A stretch of DNA of 64,000 nt from Mustelus asterias (taxonomy: Eukaryota). The notes under the pieces were generated by a model. That model was not told where the DNA came from. It saw only the letters and a program-made list of their open reading frames with translations, and did no database searches. Positions 37,147-48,500 of the stretch are shown in pieces; within the stretch, counting starts at the first letter, position 1; each line of letters starts with the position of its first letter. The stretch is taken from positions 10,726,001 through 10,790,000 of the forward strand of contig NC_135830.1 of NCBI RefSeq assembly GCF_964213995.1, given 5' to 3'. Both the position numbers and the translations under genes were made by a program.

Positions 37147-37783
37147 TAGAATCCCTATAGTACAGAAGGAGGCCGTTCGGCCCATCGAGTCCGCACCGAC
37201 AACAATCCCACCCACGCCCTATTCCTGGAAACCCACATATTTACCCTGATAATCCCGCTGACAGGCGGGCCAATTTAGCATGGCCAAGCAACCGAAATCA
37301 CACATGTTTGGAAAAGAAACCGGAGCAATCCCACGCTGACACGGGGAGAACGTGCAAACTCCGCACAGAGTGACCCGAGAAATTTAATCTGAGCCACTGG
37401 CGCTGTGAGGCATCATTGCTAACCACTGTGTCATCCTGCCGTCCTTTTCATAGAATCATAGAAACCCTACAGTACAGAAAGAGGCCATTCGGCCCATCGC
37501 GTCTGCACCGACCACAATCCGACCCAGGCCCTACCTCTACATATTTTACCCACTAATCCCTCTAACTTACACATCTCAGGACACTAAGGGGCAATTTTAA
37601 CACGGCCAATAAACTTAACCCGCACATCTTTGGACTGTGGGAGGAAACCAGAGCACCCGGAGGAAACCCACGCAGACACGAGGAGAATGTGCAAACTCCA
37701 CACAGACAGTGACCCAAGCCGGGAATCGAACGCAGGTCCCTGGAGCTGTGAAGCAGCAGTGCTAACCACTCTGCGACCGTGCT
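37147..37783 (-). mobile_element. Two adjacent HE1-like V-SINEs (37147-37445 diverged; 37449-37783 well preserved)
   Basis: Two tail motifs (gtacagaa.gaggcc.ttcggcccatcg) and two heads (gctaaccact). Confidence 0.88.
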
Positions 37784-38385
37784 ACGATTCTACTGCATCG
37801 AATTTTACTGCAGTGTTAGTACCAACCTGTGATAAACCATTTTGTGGTAATTCTGCTGATCAACATTAACTTATCAGCGTTAATGGACGGTGGGTTCCAG
37901 CCCCAAGTTGGGGCCACGGTTTGTACAGAAGGAGGTTTGTACAGAAGAAGCAACTTTGCTGCTTTTCTGGGTGAACTCCAGCTCTCCATTCCTCCCGCAG
38001 CGTCACCGCTCAAACTGAGTCTTTCTCCATCCCGCGCCGTTAATCTCACAGCTACTGCTTTCTGAGTGAAAACTGCCTCCACTTCACTGGAGGTCGGAGA
38101 GTTACAATTATAGGTCTTGTCACTGAGTCCGAGATTTGGACCCAGACCTGCGAGGTATTTGTGTCAGTAGAAACAATAAAATCTACTCCATTAACAGTCA
38201 GACTTTAGCCCGCACCACCATCTATATCGTCAGCGCTTTGTATCCTATTTCTCTCTTTTTTTTGTTCTTGACATGTGACATTTCCAATTCAGACACAAAA
38301 GAGGAAATCTCCCTGCTCCTGATTCCCACAGAACTGGTACAAACCTGGAAGGAACGCAGGATTTTTACGCAGCAATAAATCTACT

Positions 38386-38457
38386 TTCCCTGACTGGGAA
38401 TCGAATCCGGGCCGCGGCGATGTAAGCGCCGAATCCTAACCACTCGACCACCAGGGA
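38386..38457 (-). pseudogene. tRNA-Glu-body gene with TAC anticodon (probable pseudogene)
   Basis: TCCCTGGTGGTCGAGTGGTTAGGATTCGGCG-CT-TAC-AT-CGCCGCGGCCCGGATTCGATTCCCAGTCAGGGAA; two T-stem mismatches including G53A. Confidence 0.88.
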
Positions 38458-39069
38458 AGCTGGCCCAAACTCTTTAAAAGATTAATTTATCCATGAGCCT
38501 TTCATTTTTATTTCAGACTCTTTATTCACCAAAAACAAGTTTCTCCTTTAAATTGTCATGTTTAGATCAAACCCAAGGGACTGTTCAGCTAATGAAAACA
38601 GCGAAACCTGTTAGCTGCAACATGAAATCGACCGTGAGGTGAAAGAGTCCCGCAGCTGGTCATGTGGCACTTTCAATTTCCAAAACCCACCAAACTCATC
38701 ACTGTGGCTTCTGTGAAACTTGCAAGGTAACACACGGCAGACATTCACCACGGAGAGCAACTGGCAGAACTAATTTATGAAACATCCTGTCGCTTCTCTT
38801 CCTGTTTCTGTCGCTGCTTCTCATCCAGCTCCCTCTGGTTATCCATTTCCCAGGGTCAGTTAGCTGCTTGATACAGACACAGAGAGTTGGTGAACCCGAT
38901 CTTTACCTGGAAAGCAAGGAAAGCGAATGTATGACACACGGCATTGAGAGGAGATGGAGTTTAGAGATAATAGTATAAAGAGACACATATATCTCATCTT
39001 CCTGATCCAGTTCCTGATTGCAGGAACGTACACAGTGCCAATTATCGACTGTCACGCTCTCCTTCCAGT

Positions 39070-39560
39070 CTTGAGCACGGAGTTAAGATTTGAAGTGTTT
39101 GAAGTCTTGCTACAGTTATTCAGGGTTTTATTGAGACCACATTTGGAATAGTGTGTTCAGTTTGCATCTCCCCATTTTAGACAAAATAAAAGCAAAATCT
39201 GAAGATGCTGGAATCTGAATCAAGAACAGAAAAAGTTGGAAAACCTCAACAGCTTTAACGAGAAAGAATAGATAACATTGAAAAACTGCAGGGATTCTAT
39301 GATTCGATGAGTTTGATAGGGTGGATGCTGAGACATTATTTTCCCTGGTCCGGGAATCTAAAGCACGGGGGTACAATCTCAGGATAAGGAGCTGATGATT
39401 TCGGACTGCGATGAACAGACATTTCTTCACTCAAAGGATAGTGAATTTGGGGAATTCTCTGTGCCAGAGGGTTGTAGATGCTCCATCATTGAACACATTT
39501 CAGCTCGGGTTGGATAGATTTATGATCTATTCAGGAATGAATGGAAGCAGGGGTATGGAA
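39070..39560 (+). mobile_element. Degenerate CR1 3' fragment with small nested inserts
   Basis: LRPHLE.CVQF at ~39131 and FFTQRIVNL.NSL at ~39420. Confidence 0.75.
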
Positions 39561-39811
39561 TTGGAGCAGATGCTCAACCACAAATTAATGTTTCCATTCT
39601 AATTGCTAAGCTAAATGGTATAATGGAAGCATGTATATCATATTATATGTAATATGTCTGAAGTCAATAGTCATTAAATACTGTTGGTGACAACAGATAA
39701 CAGTACAGCCGTTAACACTTGAGAGCTACTTTTCATTGACGACGACGGACCTATTGCCAACACACAACTGTTTGCCTATGAATGCAGATGGTGAGAAAAC
39801 AATAAAATCAC

Positions 39812-39885
39812 CGCCCCTGGGTGGTTTCGAAACACCAACCTTGCGGTGAACAATCGAGCGCGCTGACCGATTGCGCCACAGAGAC
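39812..39885 (-). pseudogene. tRNA-Asn(GTT) pseudogene
   Basis: cgcccctgggtggtttcgaaacaccaacc..cgcgctgaccgattgcgccacagagac, 74 nt with anticodon-arm and B-box changes. Confidence 0.85.
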
Positions 39886-40884
39886 TAAGACGATAGCTGC
39901 AAACGATATTCTAAGCTAGGGTGTCAATAACCACAATTCTCTTTCTGCAAAACCTGTTCCAGGACTGCAGCATGACCGCACCGTTTAGAATTATATCCAA
40001 GTATCTTTGGTTATGTGGATCCCGCAGCATTTCTGTAGTGTGTTGGTTATTCTCTTTTTCCTATGAACGTGTAGGTAAAATGAATCCATGTCTCTTATCA
40101 CAGGGAGGAATTCAACGGGAGGGAAGGGAACTGACCACCAGAAGCCCAAGGGTCCAATAGTTTCCACTCAATCATCAATAACACCATTCACAGCTGCACC
40201 TGCATCCAAATATTGTGACCCATTTCCCTCAGGATTTGTTCCAAGATTTAATATTTTCCTTGTTTTCTCCTCATTTTGAAATGAGATTCGCTTCAATATA
40301 CAACTCAAATGGAATTGGAAACCTGACGGACTAATAGTCACTGGGTAACATAAACCCCATGGTGTTCATTTCCAGATTCACAACACTCAGCTTTTCAATC
40401 AAATGGAGGAATTTACTACTGAAACGTTTTGGAAAATTGGTTTGAATATTGTTTGTGACTCACTCAGATACTGTTTAAATTATACTCGAAGGTTCAGTGC
40501 GCGGGATATAATACATAAACGTTTTGCTGAGCTTGTGTTCGGTGTATTGTGAGGTTTGAATGGGGTTGAATCTTGTGTCCCACGGATGGGCGGTAACCCA
40601 CCAACTGAAGCGGCAGTCGCCGCTTTTCTGCTGGCAGCGGATGGATGATTGGAGAATGCGGGGCAAAATGCTGCTGTTTGTCCCTGTCTCTCTTACTGTG
40701 GAATCGGGGAAGAGAGAATCATTGATGCGTTTGTTCCCCGTCTATGTTGTCTCCAATGACTGTTGTTAACGGAGGTGACGCTGTAGAAGTCTTTAATAAT
40801 AGAACATAGAACAGTACAGCACAGAACAAGCCCTTCGGCCCACGATGTTGTGCCGAGCTTTGACAGAAATCATTCCAACACAGT

Positions 40885-40970
40885 GCTCCAGTGGTGCAAT
40901 CGGTTAGCGCGTGGTACTTATGCAGCCAGCGGGCTATGCCGAGGTTATGAGTTCGAGTCCTACAACAGCT
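40885..40970 (+). pseudogene. Intron-containing tRNA-Ile(TAT) pseudogene
   Basis: gctccagtggtgcaatcggttagcgcgtggtacttatg-[cagccagcgggct]-atgccgaggttatgagttcgag; 3' acceptor strand degenerate. Confidence 0.85.
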
Positions 40971-41029
40971 GAATTAGGTGAGAGGGTGGCCTCGTGTTGT
41001 TGTCGCTCGACCCCAGAATTGGGGACGGT

Positions 41030-41290
41030 TATGGTAGGTAGCGAAATTTGAATTCAATGAAAGAAATATCTGGCATTGAGAATCCATTGATGACCATGAA
41101 AACATTTCCGACTGTTGGAGGAAGCTATATGCTTCACTCATGTATTTTAGGAAATAAATCTGCTGTTCTTACCTGGTCTGGCCGACTTGTGACTCCAGAG
41201 CCACAGCAATATGCTTGCAACTCAACTCGGGATGGGCATTAAATGCTGGCCAGCGACGCCAATGTTTCACGAATGACCAAAAGAAAAAGC
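41030..41290 (+). mobile_element. SacSINE1-like SINE (5'-truncated)
   Basis: gaaatttgaattcaat..atctggcattgag..gatgaccatgaaa..cttacctggtctggcc..gtgactccagagccacagcaat..ggatgggca.taaatgctggccagcgacgcc. Confidence 0.75.
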
Positions 41291-41501
41291 CCGAATGTGC
41301 AAGTTTGAGAGAAGCTTTCTGAACTGACAGAGCTGGAAACGGGAGTCAGTTAAAGATATTCTGTCGGGTTTGAGTGTGCACAGAAATGTGGACGGGAAGG
41401 CGAAATGTAACATCGTGTAAGTTACTGTATTCAGCTCATATTCAGCAATAAACGTGAATTATTTCCATTTCCCTCACTCCGAGGTGAAACGTATATAAAA
41501 A

Positions 41502-41574
41502 TGTTTCCTCCCGTTTCCGAATCGGGAATTTTTCGTGTGTTTAGGTGAATGTGATAATTATTACAGACATAAAC
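41502..41574 (-). pseudogene. tRNA-Val pseudogene
   Basis: tgtttcctcccgtttccgaatcggg..tttcgtgtgtttaggtgaatgtgataa aligns to the reverse complement of tRNA-Val. Confidence 0.65.
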
Positions 41575-41849
41575 GATGCTCTCCAACTCTGCAACAGACT
41601 GGGGTGTCGAACCGTGCAGTTTGATTGTACTTCAGAGTTTCTGAAGTGTGGTGTTTTATACATTCACCTAACACATGAAAGGTTTCCTGTCTGAAATAGT
41701 AAACTAACTGACTCATCTCTCAGTGTGAGGAAACGTTACCTCATTTTCTCTTGTTATTAAATATTGAAAGAAAACATTATCTCTCAGTCTAACTGCAGTT
41801 GCACTTCCCAAGTGTGAAATGATATTCTGCAAAATGCTCAGTTAAAATA

Positions 41850-42125
41850 AAGTTATTTATTAGTCACATGTAAGGCTTACATTAACACTGTAACGAAGAC
41901 ACTGTCAAATTCTCTGGTCGCCAAACTCCGGCGGCTGTTCGGGTCAATGCACCGAACCAGCACGTCTTTCCGGCTGTGAGAAGAAACCGGACGATTCAAA
42001 GGAAACTCATGCAAACACTGGGAGAACGTGCAAACGTCAAATAGACAGAGACCCAAACCGGGAATCGATCTTTTGCACTGTGAGATGGCAGTGTTGACTA
42101 CGGTGCCACAGTGCAACCACCGTCC
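41850..42125 (-). mobile_element. V-SINE with a different (non-HE1) tail
   Basis: V-domain motifs followed by gaaagacgtgctggtt..tgcattga..cagtgttaatgtaagcc; a partial plus-strand copy lies at ~19157-19300. Confidence 0.65.
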
Positions 42126-43017
42126 CCACTCCCCGACACCCCCCCCCCCCCCCCCCCCGCCCACTCAGACGTGGTAAAAGAGAAAAAATGGCACAAATGT
42201 CATTTACTGATTCTAATATTAGATGAATTTCTCTGCCGCATGAGAAAAGGTTTTTAGCCGAATTATACTTCCACGAATCAGGTTATAAAGTTAAATCAGA
42301 CTGTACTGTTTGGCCATCTAGTCGCTTTAATCCTGAGCAGACTTTGTGTATTGAAGGGGTAATCACATTCTATTCATTTTTGCGCAGGTCCCAGGCGCTA
42401 AACCGGGCAGAAATGTTGTCAAAACCCACTGCTCTGAAGTTTCCGAATTCAAGTTTATTGTTAAATGTGAACTGAATTGGGGATCAATCAAAATATTTAA
42501 TATTTACTCTTCACCATTTCATGGAAAACAGACACAGCTAAATCGCCTGTCCTTTTTGCTGGCAGGGGATGCTTGGAGAGTGGGGGCTGGAAGATTGCTG
42601 CTTTTCCCTGTCTCACTCATTGTGTAATGTAGAAAGAGAGAATAATTAATGAGTTTGTTAGAATGGAATAACTGAATGGATTTCTAATGGGTTAGTTAAG
42701 TCTAACAGTCAGAGCCCATCCATTGCAGACACATCCATGCCACCGGGAACCAACTCTCCTACAACTGTCAAACATTTCACCCTTCAATCTCCTCTGGTTC
42801 CGGTTCCCAAACAGTTTCTCAAGATTCGCAAAGCTTGAGACAGTGTTTTCTGGTTTTATTCCTTCTCCATTTTCCCCACCTGCCAACTGACAATATTTTC
42901 CAAAATCTCCGCTCAATCATCCGCCTTGCATCATGTCCAGGGATGAGGAAATTCAGTTTTGTGGTGAGGTCATAGAGACCGGGACTGTACTCTTGGGAGC
43001 AACGCTAGTTAGAAAGA

Positions 43018-43370
43018 GGGCGGCACGGTAGCACAGTAGCTCAGTGGTTAGCACTGCTGCTTCACAGCTCCAGGGACCTGGGTTCGATTCCCGGCTTGGG
43101 TCACTGTCTATGTGGAGTTTGCACATTCTCCTCGTGTCTGCGTGGGTTTCCTCCGGGTGCTCCGGTTTCCTCCCACAGTCCAATGATATGCGGGTTAGGT
43201 TGATTGGCCATGCTAAAAATTGCCCTTAGTGTCCTGAGATGCGTAGGTTAGAGGGATTAGTGGGTAAATATGTAGGGATATGGGGGTAGGGCCTGGGTGG
43301 GATTGTGGTCAGTGCAGACTCGATGGGCCGAATGGCCCCTTTCTGTACTGTAGGGTTTCTATGATTCATG
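43018..43370 (+). mobile_element. HE1-like V-SINE, full length
   Basis: Complete head, central domain and tail; 8-nt duplication in the head. Confidence 0.93.
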
Positions 43371-43815
43371 GAGCTGCGGGGAGAATTGGATGATTTGGAG
43401 AACTCCTCCAAGGCGACATAGATACGTGGAATGACCTCATCTACTAATCAAAGATTCTATGATTCTCGTTGCTTCATGTCGCAGTCGCTTTATTTATTGT
43501 TAGACACCTGAACAATGAACAGGCGCAGGATGATCAGAGACTTCTGTAGATTCAACTGGCGCACTTTCCGGCCCAACAGTTCCGAGTGCAGCTGAGAGTC
43601 ACCGCACACTTCACTCAACATTGAGTCTGCAGTATCCCCACCCACAGCTTCCGACTGGTGCTCTCACTCTGACCCGATTGTGTGATTGGACAGATTGCTG
43701 GCGTTGCGCCATTCCTCTCATTGGTTGGATAAGCAGTGCAATGGGACGGGGATCTGTATTTCTGTCTCTGACTGTGGATTTCTCTCACTGCTGAGTTACC
43801 GACTCAGGGAGGATC

Positions 43816-44359
43816 ATGGAGAACTGGCTCGCTCAGGCCCTCATCGCTATCTCACTCCTCAGTAAGGTTTTTTTCCCTTCCCAGTAAAACTACATGCTCC
43901 TGCTGACTGCTGCAACCCAGATGTTATTGTTGCTAAAACAACAGTGATGGTGGAGTTTATAATTGTATCGCTGAACATGAGGCTGACTCTGATTGTCATT
44001 ATTGTTGTTATTTCTGTTAGAATGGAACCATCAAGCCAAAGTGGAACAACTGAGTCCTGAAATATCGGTTAAAGAGGAAAGTAATGTGACACTAACCTGT
44101 ACGTTGGTAACTAGTCATTCTAATCCTTATGTATACTGTTATAGTCAGATTGCGTGGAAAGCGCCAGTGTACCTGTTTCAGTTTATTGGAGAGCAAAGGA
44201 ACACCGACCTCAATGATCGGGGTTCCTCTAAATTTGAATAAAAAACGAACAATACTAGCGAGCTAACGTTCATTAACACACTGATTTCCGACAGCGCCGT
44301 GTATTTCTGTGCCACGGAGCCTCTGCTGCAGAGATATATCGAATGCGGTAAAAAAAATC
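43816..44359 (+). pseudogene. TCR alpha/delta-like V pseudogene 1 (leader 43816-43861; V exon 44021-44320; degenerate 23-RSS 44321-44359)
   Basis: MENWLAQALIAISLL+A|GTAAG; ttag|AA WNHQAKVEQLSPEISVKEESNVTLTCTLVTSHSNPYVYCYSQ..KAPVYL..KFE*KTNNTSELTFINTLISDSAVYFCATE. Conserved W changed to C; in-frame TAA at 44239; RSS CTCTGCT-23-AAAAAAATC. ATTGG (CCAAT) boxes lie upstream near 43685 and 43718. Confidence 0.85.
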
Positions 44360-45545
44360 CCACACTGGCAGTTCCAGTTAGTGCCCAACACACGCGCGGC
44401 AAATTCAGTTTCCACAGAGAATGACGGAGATTCTTAACATTGCAGCAAGAAAAACACTCAGAAATAGCAACTGGTGTGGTCCAGTTGCACAGCTGTATTA
44501 ATTGATGATTGTAACATATGGCTGCAGAACAATGAAATCATACAATCCTCCAGTGCAGAAGGAGGCCATTCAGCTCATCGAGTCTACGCCGACCACAATC
44601 CAAACCAGGCCCTTTCCCGTAACCCCACATATTTACCTCGATAATCCCCCTTACACTTGGGTTAATTCAGCATGGCCAATCAACCTAATTGATAAGATTG
44701 ACCAATCGATCTGAGATTTGTTAAGTGGTTTTCCACGCCTTTCTCTGCCTACTTGTTCCTGACTGATTCTTTACTGATTTATGACAACTATGCCCATTTC
44801 CATTTCCCAGCCTTGAACGTAAATATTTAATGCTTTTTCTGTTACCTTGTAGTTTCATTCAAAGTTCTCCAATATGGCTGCTCGGCTATTCGGTCCAGCT
44901 TTCCATCCACATCACTGATGAAGATTTCGCTTTGTATTGAATCATATACTAACCCTGACACTCCTGGTGCGAGCCCGCTGGTCCGCAGTATGGAATGAAC
45001 ATTCGGCTCCGCTCTTGCAGAGAGACAAAGTTATAGAATTTTCAAAGTGACATTGTTATTGAGTTCAGTTCTTTGCAGATAAATTCTACCTGTGACCACA
45101 CTGCCTATGTTAGGCCCCGCCCACAGCTTTCCTGTGCTATTCTAACTCTGATCAGTCTCACCTGTGCTGTTTTATGAGAGATTTTATTGTAGATATTGAT
45201 GTTTGTGGCTTTTTTCTGTTTGGCACTGTCTGGGTCAGCTATACTTCCCCTCTGGAAGAGGATTTCACATACTGCAAAGTTACAAATTGAGGGAACATCA
45301 TATGGAAATATCTCAGACTATTCATTATTCTATCACTTCTTATCAAGTAGATGCTCCAACAAAAAAAAAATCATCCTCCCCCGCACCACACCTGCTATCC
45401 CAAACATGATTAATAACAAACTGCTCCTCATGTTGCTGTAATGATGGATATTGTCATTCTCCATGTCAGAACAGCCATCAAGACTCAGGGGATCAGTCGG
45501 TTTCTGAAATGACAGTTGAAGAGGAAAGAGGAAAGCTCATTGTTC

Positions 45546-48500
45546 CACTGGAGCAAGCAGAGAGGGAGTGATTTGTGGCAGGAGTGCTGGTGAGAGATTT
45601 GTTTATTTATTTAGTATGTTTTTTGCCTTTATTTTTCGAGTAGTTTTTTTTATTCTTAATTTTAAACTGAAAACCGGAAGTGGGCCGCTAAGGAGTCTGG
45701 GAAGGGTTTCGTTAAGCGCGCGAAGTATAAAAAGTAGACTGCAGTATATAGCGGGCAGCGTCGGGAGCGGGAAGCAGAGTGTGAGCTGTAAGGCCCTTGG
45801 CTCACAGGGCTTCGGGGGACAGGGCGAGCAGGGGTGAGTTTTAATTCTTATTTACTTTTCTCTGTGTACCTTGGTAAAAAGGGTCAAATACGAGTGTGAA
45901 GCCAGTGTGTTGTTCCCAGTGTAGGATGTGGGAGGTCCTGGAAGCACCTGGCCTCCCGGACATCCACATCTGTGAGGGCTGTGTCGAGCTGCAGTTCCTA
46001 AGGGACCGTGCTAAGGAGCTGGAACTGCAGCTCGAGGATCTTAGGCTGTTAACGGAGAATGAGGAGGTGATAGACAAGAGCTATCATCAGGTGGTCACAC
46101 CAGCGCCACGGGTGGAGGCCAACTGGGTGACGGCCAGGAAGGGTAAAGCTCGGGTGATTGAGAGCACCACGGTGGATGTGCCCCTACACAATAAGTACCC
46201 CTGCCTGAGTACTGTTGGGGGGGGGGGGGACAGCCCGCCTGGGGGAAGCAGCAGTGGCCAGACCTCCGGAGTGGAGTCCGGCCCTGTAACTCAGAGGGCG
46301 AAGGAAAGGGGAGGAAGGCAATGTTAATCGGGGACTCGACAGTAAGGGGGTCGGACAAGCCTTTTTTCGGAGGCAAGCGGGAGTCTCGGATGGTGGTCTG
46401 CCTCCCTGGGGCTGGGATCCAGGATGTCGCTGATCGAGTCCCACAGATCCTGAGGTGGGAGGGAGAGGAGCCAAAGGTAGGGGTAAATATTGGTACCACT
46501 GATGTTGGTGGGAAGGGGTCATGAAAAGAGAGTATAGGGAATTAGGGAGACAGCTGAGAATTAGGAAAACAAAGGTAGTAATCTCAGGATTGCTGCATGT
46601 GCCACGGGAAGGTAAGGGCAGGAGTGGAGTGAGGTGGAGGATGAATGTGTGGCTGAGGGACTGGTGCAGGGGGCAGGGATTGAGGTTCCTGGACCATTGG
46701 GACCTCTTTAGGGGCAGATGTGTCCTGTTCACAAAAAACGGGTGGCACTTGAATCCCAGGGGGACCAATATCCTGGCGGGAAGGTTGGCTAAGGCTACTG
46801 CGGAGAGTTTAAACTAGATAGGTTGGGGGGAGGAGATCGAGACGAGGAGACTGGGAGTGAGGAAGTTAGCTCACAAACAGAGAAGGGTTATAGACAGTGC
46901 AAGAGGGAGGATGGACGGGGGATCGAGAAGGGGAGAGCTCAGACCAAAGGATTGAGATGAGTTTGCTTTAATGCCAGGAGTATAGTGAATAAAGGGGATG
47001 AGCTCAGAGCGTGGATCGATGCCTGGAAGTGTGATGTGGTGGCCATTACGGAGAATTGGATGTCTCAGGGTCAGGACTGGATACTCCAGGTGCTGGGATT
47101 CAGATGCTTCAGGGAGGGAGGCAAGAGAGGGGGTGGAGTGGCACTGTTCATCAGGGATAGTGTCACAGCTGTAGAGAAGGTGTATGCTGTGGAGGGACTG
47201 TCTACAGAGTCTCTGTGAGTGCTAGTTCGGAGTGGGAAGGGGTCGATCACTTTGCTGGGAGTTTTCTACAGGCCGCCCAATAGTAACAGGGAGGTGGAGG
47301 AGCAGATAGGAAAACAGATCCTGGAGAGATGCAGTAATAGCAGAGTGTTGTGATGGGAGACTTTAATTTCCCAAACATAGATTGGAATATCCCGAGGTAA
47401 AGGGGATTGGATGGGGAGGAGTTCGTTAGGTGTGTTCAGGAGGGTTTCCTGACACAGCATGTGGACAAGCCTACAGGAGGAGAGGCTCTACTTGATCTGA
47501 TACTGACCAGTGAACCTGGACAGCTGTCAGATCTCTCAGTGGGAGAGCATCTTGAGGATAGCGATCATAACTCTATCTCCTTTATGCTTGCATTGGAAAA
47601 AGAGAGGAGCAGGCAAGCTAGGAAACCGTTTATATGGGGTAAGGGGAAATATGAAGACATAAGGCAGCAAATTAGAGGAGCAAATTGGAAGGAGGTATTC
47701 TCGAGGAAATGTACTGAAGAGAGGTGGCAGTTTTTCAAGGAATGTCTGTCTAGAGTTCTACAGGACAACGTTCCGAGCAGACAGGGAGGTGTTCGTAGGT
47801 TAAAGGAACCGTGATCCATGAAAGCTGTGAGGGACCTAGTCGCGAAGAAAAGGAAAGCATACAAAAGGTTCAGAGAGCTTGGCGAAGACAGAGATCCAGA
47901 TGATTATATGGCTTGTAGGAAGGGACTAAAGAAGGAAATTAGGAGAGCCAGAAGGGGTCACGAAAAGGCCTTGGCAGGTAGGATTAAGGAGAACCCTATA
48001 AATATGTGAAAAGCAAAAAGAATGAGACGTGAAGGAATAGGGCCGATAAAAGGTGAAGGTGGGAAAGTCTGTACGGAGCCAGTAGAGATGGCAGAGGTAC
48101 TGAATGAGTATTTTGCCTTGGTTTTCACAGAGGAAAATGACATGGGTGGATGTACTGCGGGTGTGCGGTGGACTGAAAAGATTGAGTATGTGGACTTTAA
48201 GAAAGAGGTTGTGCTGGAATCTTTGAATTGCATCAAGATAGATAAGTCGCCGGGTCCGGATGGGATGTACCCCAGGTTCCTATGGGAGGCGAGGGAAGAG
48301 ATTTCAGAGTCTCTGTTGATGATCTTTGCATCATCGATGGAGACGGGAGAGGTGCCGGAGGATTGGAGGATTGCGGATGTGGTTCCTATTTTCAAGAAGG
48401 GGAATAGGGATAGCCAAGGAAATTACTGACCGGTGAGTCTCACCTCAGTGGTTGGTAAGCTGATGGAGAAGATCCTCAGGGACAGGATTTATGAGCATTT

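Noticed and set aside
38770-38910. Minus-strand exon-like stretch (KDRVHQLSVSVS / MDNQRELDEKQRQKQEE)
   Set aside because: Short and quickly stopped, low complexity, with no supporting domain motif.
42139-42160. Poly-C tracts (also ~56287-56308) as G-quadruplex elements
   Set aside because: Simple homopolymers of uncertain length with no supporting context.
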